In this document: positions 58,710 to 64,000 of the stretch, one piece after another | Layout of the letters: every line of letters begins with the position of its first letter | How positions within the stretch are numbered: the stretch's first letter is position 1 | From: an uncultured Gammaproteobacteria bacterium | GTDB lineage: Bacteria > Patescibacteriota > Microgenomatia > Daviesbacterales > UBA10151 | Assembly: GCA_964459095.1 (NCBI GenBank) | Contig: CAYWKL010000002.1 | Span: 2,858 to 66,857, forward strand | Reading direction: 5' to 3' | Length of the DNA stretch: 64,000 nucleotides | Made by a program: the position numbers and the translations under genes | Notes under the pieces: model-generated | The model's input: the letters and a program-made list of their open reading frames with translations, nothing else | What the model was told of the DNA's origin: nothing | The model's database searches: none

Positions 58710-58893
58710 TCTTCCAATTGTAGTAACCTATTGATAATTTCATCATAAGTTTCTCTTGATGTAATTCTCATCTTCTTTAATCTTTCAAGAGTCTTATGCT
58801 CAATCTGGATTGTCGTCCTTTGTTTCATACATAACCTCCACATAAGAAATACATAACTTATATTTATACTTTGTGGTTAAGATGTCAATTAAA

Positions 58894-61218
58894 TTAATCA
58901 TTCATTTTAACTTTCATTCCGAAAGGAACTTTGTCTAAATCTACACCATCTTTTGTTATTACCCATAATGTGGGATACTTCATCTTATCTGGCCATGGGG
59001 TGTACCCATCAGTAAAAATAATAACTACTGAGGGATTAATTCGTCTTTTAGCAATCTCATCTATAGCAACTCGTAAATCAGTTCCGCCCATTCCCTTATA
59101 CTCTCTCCTTATTTCATCCCCTTGATTATACTGGTGATGGGAAGTCACTTGAACGTCTGTCGTTAATAAGTGTAAATTCATCTCAAACTGCTGCAGCAGC
59201 CCATTGCACTCTGACAGGAACTGCTGTTGCGCTTTGCCGCCGGTAGAGCCTGAAACATCCACGATGACAGTAACATCCCCCAGGCTCTCACCAGTAATAG
59301 AAGGCATATACATATCCTGGTGTATAAACCTGCGATTAGATGGGAGCCAACTGAAATCAGACTTTGCTGAAGTAATCACAAACTGCCTCAGCATATTCCT
59401 CCAATCCAGCTTTGGAGCCAATAATTGCTCAATGAACACATCCATCCCAGCAGGCAGTTTCCCTGCCATCTTTGCCTGTTGCCATGCCTTTGACAACTGT
59501 ATTGCCCATTCCTTCTCAAGCTCATCCAACTCCTGCTTTGAGCCTTGAATATCCTTATGAACATCAAAAGGCTTGACTTCCTGTCCGTTTACCTTAATGT
59601 TGCCTTTGGCGTCTATCTCAATCTTTATGTCTCCCTTCTCGTATCTTCTGTAGCCGTTCTTGCCTTTGCCGTTCATCTCAGGCAGCTTGTTGTAGATTTC
59701 CTCTGCGGTCATATTCTCAAACTTCTCGTTGTATAGTCCGCCTTCAGGAACAAAATTAAACTCTTTCTTGAGGATAGCGTTGATGACAAAGTCACAATTA
59801 TGAACCACAACATTATTTACCATATAATTATGATTTTCTGTAGATAAATTATAAACTATTCCACTATACGTCTCTTTTTCTATTTTGACAATAGGGGTTA
59901 CAAAATAATTTCCTAAATCTTTCCACCTATAATTGTTACTATCAATAGTTTTACCATTTAGTATTCGAGTGGTAGTCTTAAATTTCCTCCATTCTAAACA
60001 ATATAGAATTTGTTTGGGAAGTATATGTTTTAGAATCATTCTCTCATCTTTCTTCCTCACACTAAAATTGCTAAAAATATCTAAACGAGTAAGCAACATT
60101 TGTAGTTGTAGAATCAACTTCTTGCTTGCTGAACCTACAAAGGTAGTAGTCCCATCTCTGTATATATGTCCATCTCCACAAACATATCCATCAATAAACT
60201 CTTTAATTATTTCCTCATCTTTATTATACAATATAAAATCTGGAATCTTCTTGTTTTTAGCACCCCTACCAAACCAATCAGTAAACGCCCTCTCTAGCAG
60301 TACACTGGATATATTTAATTTTATAACATTCCCCCTATCCTCTCTTTGAATATGTGTGTTAAAATTATTATTAACAATCTTATAAATTTTATCTAAATAT
60401 TTCTCATCTGTTTTCCCTAATCCTAAATTAAACCCTTGATTGCCACTTGAACTGCCTTCAGCAAGATATAATCCCATCAACCAAGCAACATCTTTATTAA
60501 GTATAATCTTCTTGTTCTTAATATTATGTCCATATCTATGAGTCTCTTTAGCATATTTAATTAAATCAAATTCATTAGGTGTTTCTCTTGGTTTAAGTTT
60601 AGGCATCACTAAATAACAATTCTTATCAAGGTCTTTAGCCCCAACCCATTCAAATCTCTTCTTAAATGTTATTGGATTCCCTATTTTCCTTCCTCTTCTC
60701 AAAATCAAAAAGGGATGTTCAGGGGTAACTTTAATCTCCCCTATTCCATTCGCTTTAATTTTATATAAATCACCAGAATATTCCCGTTTCATAACATCAT
60801 TAACTTTATTGTTTCCTTCAAAACATAATATGTCTTGGTCTACCTTAACATTCTTGATTTCTTCATAATCGCCAGATACTACAGTCTCTGATGTAAAGCA
60901 TGCAAAATTCCAGCGTTCAGGCTCTCGCTCCCCCATCCTTATCCCATGTAAAAACACATTATGGAGTACTTCATGCCCCAAAACAAATATTTTATCTTTG
61001 TCACTCAAGCTCTCCGCAAATTCTTTATTATAATATACCCTTTTGTAATCTGTAGCAAATGTGGGTATACTATTATCTTCAACCATCGGCAAATGTAACG
61101 CCAAATTTCCATAAAACGGAAAATCTAAGAGAAGAGCTATTCTTGCTTTAATCAAAGAATCTTTAAGATTCATCTCACACCTCGCCAAACCTCTGAGTTG
61201 CAAACAACCAAAACTCAT
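58894..61218 (-). CDS. DUF2201-type putative metallopeptidase (HEVLH) plus vWA (MIDAS DVSGST) protein, interrupted by a 368-aa intein. The extein is about 406 aa. An alternative start is Met16 at 61173.
   Basis: HExxH motif, N-terminal PFYGNLALHL pattern, C-terminal vWA-like DxSGS...TDG. Intein boundaries verified on the sequence. Confidence 0.75.
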   Translation of the reverse strand: MSFGCLQLRGLARCEMNLKDSLIKARIALLLDFPFYGNLALHLPMVEDNSIPTFATDYKRVYYNKEFAESLSDKDKIFVLGHEVLHNVFLHGIRMGEREPERWNFACFTSETVVSGDYEEIKNVKVDQDILCFEGNNKVNDVMKREYSGDLYKIKANGIGEIKVTPEHPFLILRRGRKIGNPITFKKRFEWVGAKDLDKNCYLVMPKLKPRETPNEFDLIKYAKETHRYGHNIKNKKIILNKDVAWLMGLYLAEGSSSGNQGFNLGLGKTDEKYLDKIYKIVNNNFNTHIQREDRGNVIKLNISSVLLERAFTDWFGRGAKNKKIPDFILYNKDEEIIKEFIDGYVCGDGHIYRDGTTTFVGSASKKLILQLQMLLTRLDIFSNFSVRKKDERMILKHILPKQILYCLEWRKFKTTTRILNGKTIDSNNYRWKDLGNYFVTPIVKIEKETYSGIVYNLSTENHNYMVNNVVVHNCDFVINAILKKEFNFVPEGGLYNEKFENMTAEEIYNKLPEMNGKGKNGYRRYEKGDIKIEIDAKGNIKVNGQEVKPFDVHKDIQGSKQELDELEKEWAIQLSKAWQQAKMAGKLPAGMDVFIEQLLAPKLDWRNMLRQFVITSAKSDFSWLPSNRRFIHQDMYMPSITGESLGDVTVIVDVSGSTGGKAQQQFLSECNGLLQQFEMNLHLLTTDVQVTSHHQYNQGDEIRREYKGMGGTDLRVAIDEIAKRRINPSVVIIFTDGYTPWPDKMKYPTLWVITKDGVDLDKVPFGMKVKMND
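59797..60900 (-). mobile_element. Intein (CFTSETVV ... VVVHN, +1 Cys) with a LAGLIDADG homing endonuclease (LMGLYLAEGS, FIDGYVCGDG) inside the metallopeptidase-vWA gene.
   Basis: RC of gca at 60898-60900 gives Cys1. RC of att at 59797-59799 gives the terminal Asn, followed by Cys. The extein junction ERWNFA|CDFVINAIL is contiguous. Confidence 0.75.
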
Positions 61219-61354
61219 CTGAATTCATTTTCTGATTTAGTGCCGGATTAAGTATTATCTTATGGTGTTTCCCTCTTACTCTATCCCACTCCAACAAAAC
61301 CAAATCCTTACCTACCATATCTTTTGTTACTATCATCCTTCTTTCACCTCATTC

Positions 61355-61729
61355 TTATACTAAATCTCCTTCTGCGATAATACTTGCAATATAATCATTA
61401 CTACCCGACATTTTGTAAACTTTAAGTATGGCTAATCTTAGTTCTTCAATCTGCTCATCATTAAAATCTTCAGACCAAAATCTATCAAGTTTCTCCTTAT
61501 CCTTTACAAATTTGCTTAATAATTTAGAAACATTAATAACATCTTCCGGATAATCAACAATTTTGGTAAAATTATATTTACTCTCATTAACGTAGTAATA
61601 ATCCTTTAGTTCTGTGTCATCTTCAACAGGTTTCTTCATGTATCTCCTAAAATCATCTTCTACTCTTATCTGTTCTTCTTGTTTTAACTCATTCCACTTC
61701 TTATAAAATTTTACCTTAACCACCTCCAT
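61355..61729 (-). CDS. Hypothetical protein.
   Basis: ORF track. Confidence 0.45.
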   Translation of the reverse strand: MEVVKVKFYKKWNELKQEEQIRVEDDFRRYMKKPVEDDTELKDYYYVNESKYNFTKIVDYPEDVINVSKLLSKFVKDKEKLDRFWSEDFNDEQIEELRLAILKVYKMSGSNDYIASIIAEGDLV

Positions 61730-61886
61730 CCACCTCCTCTCTCTTCACAAACCAGTCAGTATTCCTTAACTTCCCGCCGCACATAGGGCATACTATTGCA
61801 TCTATGTTGCTCCCAGTATACCCACAAAACTTGCCATCCTGGTTTCGGTTATGGCACTGATACAACTCTTTATCTTTCATTATTGT

Positions 61887-62135
61887 TCACCTTAATGTAA
61901 CCTCTCTCATAAATTTATTAGCACTTGCCTTTGTAAATAATTTATCAAAATCATTCTTTTCAATAAATACAACAAACACCTCGTCCCTCAACCTCCTTAT
62001 TCTGTGTATCATCTTTATTGCACTATTCTTGTTATTCACATTTGCGCATACTTCTAATGTTCTCTTTAACCTATCTTTCAGTTCTCTTTCACTTATCTTC
62101 CTATCCCCTAATATATTTAATTCATCTTTCTTCAT
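61887..62135 (-). CDS. Hypothetical small protein.
   Basis: ORF track. Confidence 0.4.
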   Translation of the reverse strand: MKKDELNILGDRKISERELKDRLKRTLEVCANVNNKNSAIKMIHRIRRLRDEVFVVFIEKNDFDKLFTKASANKFMREVTLR

Positions 62136-62316
62136 CTTCTCTTACCTCTTTAATCCCTTCTATAGCCTGCTCGATGTCAGTCATCTTCATGACAATCCCG
62201 AACAATGCCAGCACTTGTATGGACTGCAAAATTGTCCATCCGAAAAACTGCGGACCCACAAGCATTACCACAAACCCACTGACAATAAAAATTCCATGCC
62301 TCCAATCCTTGTTCAT
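62122..62316 (-). CDS. Small two-TM protein.
   Basis: ORF track. Confidence 0.4.
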   Translation of the reverse strand: MNKDWRHGIFIVSGFVVMLVGPQFFGWTILQSIQVLALFGIVMKMTDIEQAIEGIKEVREDEER

Positions 62317-62573
62317 TTTCTCTCCCTCTCCTTAAGTTTATTCCATTGACTATCACATTTACTCAATGCTTTCATCAGCAAATCTAATTCATCATTATTA
62401 AATGTAAATCCAAAATATTTCTGCTTCTTGTTCCACTCTTTCATAAACTTAGATTTTGGCAATGTTATGGTTATTCCTTTCTTGTTCAAATAAATCTTTG
62501 AGTCATCTTCATAAGTTAACCTCATAATATTACCATACTCCTTATGCACACAATAAGTTACATCTGCTTTCAT
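62313..62573 (-). CDS. Hypothetical small protein.
   Basis: ORF track. Confidence 0.4.
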   Translation of the reverse strand: MKADVTYCVHKEYGNIMRLTYEDDSKIYLNKKGITITLPKSKFMKEWNKKQKYFGFTFNNDELDLLMKALSKCDSQWNKLKERERK

Positions 62574-62908
62574 CCTTTCAGCCTCCTTAATACAAATGAT
62601 TTATCTACCTGTAAAAATAAGTTATCTACCTTTTTAAAGTCAATATCCGCCAACCCGTCCTTGACTAACAATTTTAACTCTGACATAGCTCTCTCCCTTT
62701 CCCTCAAACTATACACTCCAAGATTGTTTCCTTCACCAACCCACCTTGAAGCGTACCCTCTATTCCAAAACTCATTGTTAACCATATAAAAATCAACTTG
62801 TTCACAAACAACCTGAATCACCCACATCAGCCTGTCATCTGCAAAGTTCTCCAGCCAAATCGGAAACTTCCTATTATCAACCAATAGATTGCCTACTTTG
62901 GATTTCAT
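62570..62908 (-). CDS. Hypothetical protein.
   Basis: ORF track. Confidence 0.45.
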   Translation of the reverse strand: MKSKVGNLLVDNRKFPIWLENFADDRLMWVIQVVCEQVDFYMVNNEFWNRGYASRWVGEGNNLGVYSLRERERAMSELKLLVKDGLADIDFKKVDNLFLQVDKSFVLRRLKG

Positions 62909-63086
62909 TGTATTAAACCCTCACAAAACTAAAACATAATAAATAACATAAACCCATCCTAAAATCCCATGAATGATAACCCACAATACAGATTTATTTA
63001 AACTCCATGATATTGTTACTGCAATAGCGCTTCCCAAACTGATTCCCGTTTCTTTCCACATCTTAACCTCATACACTTCTATTAAT

Positions 63087-63314
63087 TCATTTAATCTCTT
63101 CTATTCTCCACTCCCTTTCTGATGTTCCAGCATAAAAATTAGTTGTGTGAAATTTTCCAAATAATTTAATAAAAATTCTATGAAGATTTGGTTTATCTGA
63201 TACAAACTGCTGAAATTCCTTTGAAAGCCATTTGTCATTGGCTAATTTAATTAACCACCCTAATTCATTACCCTTTAAGGAAACTACCTGTTTTAATTGA
63301 TTAGATGATTTCAT
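63087..63314 (-). CDS. Hypothetical small protein.
   Basis: ORF track. Confidence 0.4.
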   Translation of the reverse strand: MKSSNQLKQVVSLKGNELGWLIKLANDKWLSKEFQQFVSDKPNLHRIFIKLFGKFHTTNFYAGTSEREWRIEEIK

Positions 63315-63640
63315 TTCATCAACTCCGGATTTTCATAAATGTTGCCGATAACCTCTCTCCAATCTAAATTTGAACCAAACATAAATTGGGGTAGCTGTCT
63401 AATATCTTCAATAACAATTTCATGCATATCTTCTCCATCATGCCTTGAGCATAACACAATATCCCCTTCATAAATCTCTTTTCCATTCTTGTCTTTGATA
63501 CCTGTGAATTGCATAACTACTCCCATAGACTCAAAAAGTTCTTTCCAGGATATCCCACTATCCATTGTTTCGATGAATGATTCCCAATCAAACATCCTTT
63601 TATCTTCTCTACCAATACCTCTAAATTTAATCTCCCTCAT
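63311..63640 (-). CDS. YopX-family phage protein (MREIKFRGIGRE ... IGNIYENPELMK).
   Basis: YopX signatures. Paralog of 53315..53683 with DNA-level similarity at the 3' end. Confidence 0.75.
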   Translation of the reverse strand: MREIKFRGIGREDKRMFDWESFIETMDSGISWKELFESMGVVMQFTGIKDKNGKEIYEGDIVLCSRHDGEDMHEIVIEDIRQLPQFMFGSNLDWREVIGNIYENPELMK

Positions 63641-63834
63641 TTCATCAGCCTCAGCAAAACCTTATATTTATCTCTTTCTTCTTTGGATAATCTAAATGGT
63701 AACAACTTACCATACATCCAAGAGTTCCTACCTTCACTTTTATATCCCTTAAATTTTATACATACTTCACTTAAAAATTTACTTTGAGTTTGAAAATGTT
63801 TATTGTCCTTGCTTAACCAAAAATAATTTGGCAT
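63637..63834 (-). CDS. Hypothetical small protein.
   Basis: ORF track. Confidence 0.4.
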   Translation of the reverse strand: MPNYFWLSKDNKHFQTQSKFLSEVCIKFKGYKSEGRNSWMYGKLLPFRLSKEERDKYKVLLRLMK

Positions 63835-63842
63835 CTTTAAAT

Positions 63843-64000
63843 CAAACCTCTTCCCTGAGCTTTATGTTCTATTTCTGTATGCTCTAAAAAGAAATTCATC
63901 TTTGCAAAGCTATGCCCATACCTACATTTAGAGCATTCATAAAACACCCACCATTGTTTGCCTGCTGCGTCTTTCAATCCAGCGTTATGCTCATAGCCCA
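63843..64000 (-). CDS. Partial CDS (C-terminal ~52 aa; the N-terminus lies beyond the right edge) with a C2H2-like zinc finger (YECSKCRYGHSFAKMNFFLEHTEIEH).
   Basis: Manual minus-strand translation. Not in the ORF track because it is cut by the edge. Confidence 0.35.

Noticed and set aside
53680-62908. Recurrent C-terminal ...RL(K/R)G* endings on at least five unrelated small proteins (e.g. 55366..55746, 62570..62908, 53680..53943, 56146..56367) and on the gene before YopX.
   Set aside because: This is explained by translational coupling. The last codons (gAGGcTGAaaGGATGA) embed a GAGG(T/C)GA Shine-Dalgarno plus the overlapping ATGA start of the next gene. It is not a shared protein tag.
1-64000. 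Looked for CRISPR arrays, tRNA and rRNA genes, and Borg-like perfect tandem nucleotide repeats.
   Set aside because: No regularly spaced direct repeats, no cloverleaf-capable GC-rich 70-90-nt segments and no rRNA-like stretches were seen. The only tandem repetition is at protein level (20903..21655). The GC-rich island at 44640-44760 forms simple hairpins, not a tRNA.

Overview
This is an AT-rich, very gene-dense 64-kb window with about 130 mostly small ORFs, often overlapping by ATGA, and frequent GGAGG/GAGGTGA-type Shine-Dalgarno sites. Genes sit in three strand blocks: minus strand 1-2521, plus strand 2755-32477, minus strand 32490-64000. The blocks converge at about 32.48 kb. The content looks like an archaeal virus, provirus or large integrative element rather than core chromosome. 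It encodes a tyrosine integrase next to an AbrB-like regulator, and an archaeal-type MCM helicase (N-terminal C4 Zn finger, Walker A/B) interrupted in its Walker B motif by a LAGLIDADG intein. It also encodes an AEP-primase-like protein, and an 800-bp AT-rich intergenic region with inverted ORB-like dyad plus G-string elements flanking a DUE-like core, which is a candidate Orc1-type origin. Other recognisable families are Gp37/Gp68 (DUF5131) with a SWIM zinc finger, two YopX paralogs, HNH_3 and HNH endonucleases, two DUF559/Vsr-like nuclease domains and a NUMOD3-repeat protein. A second intein sits inside a DUF2201-type metallopeptidase/vWA protein. There are two SPFH/band-7 proteins, one split by a frameshift at a U_UUU_UUA run. 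A HerA/FtsK-type ATPase lies inside a long block of Cys-rich secreted, lipo- and membrane proteins. A compositionally distinct S-adenosylmethionine decarboxylase gene sits alone on the opposite strand. I found no rRNA, tRNA or CRISPR array. ORFs running off either window edge were absent from the supplied track, so I translated both edges by hand. Many functional calls rest on motif recognition only and are flagged as such.
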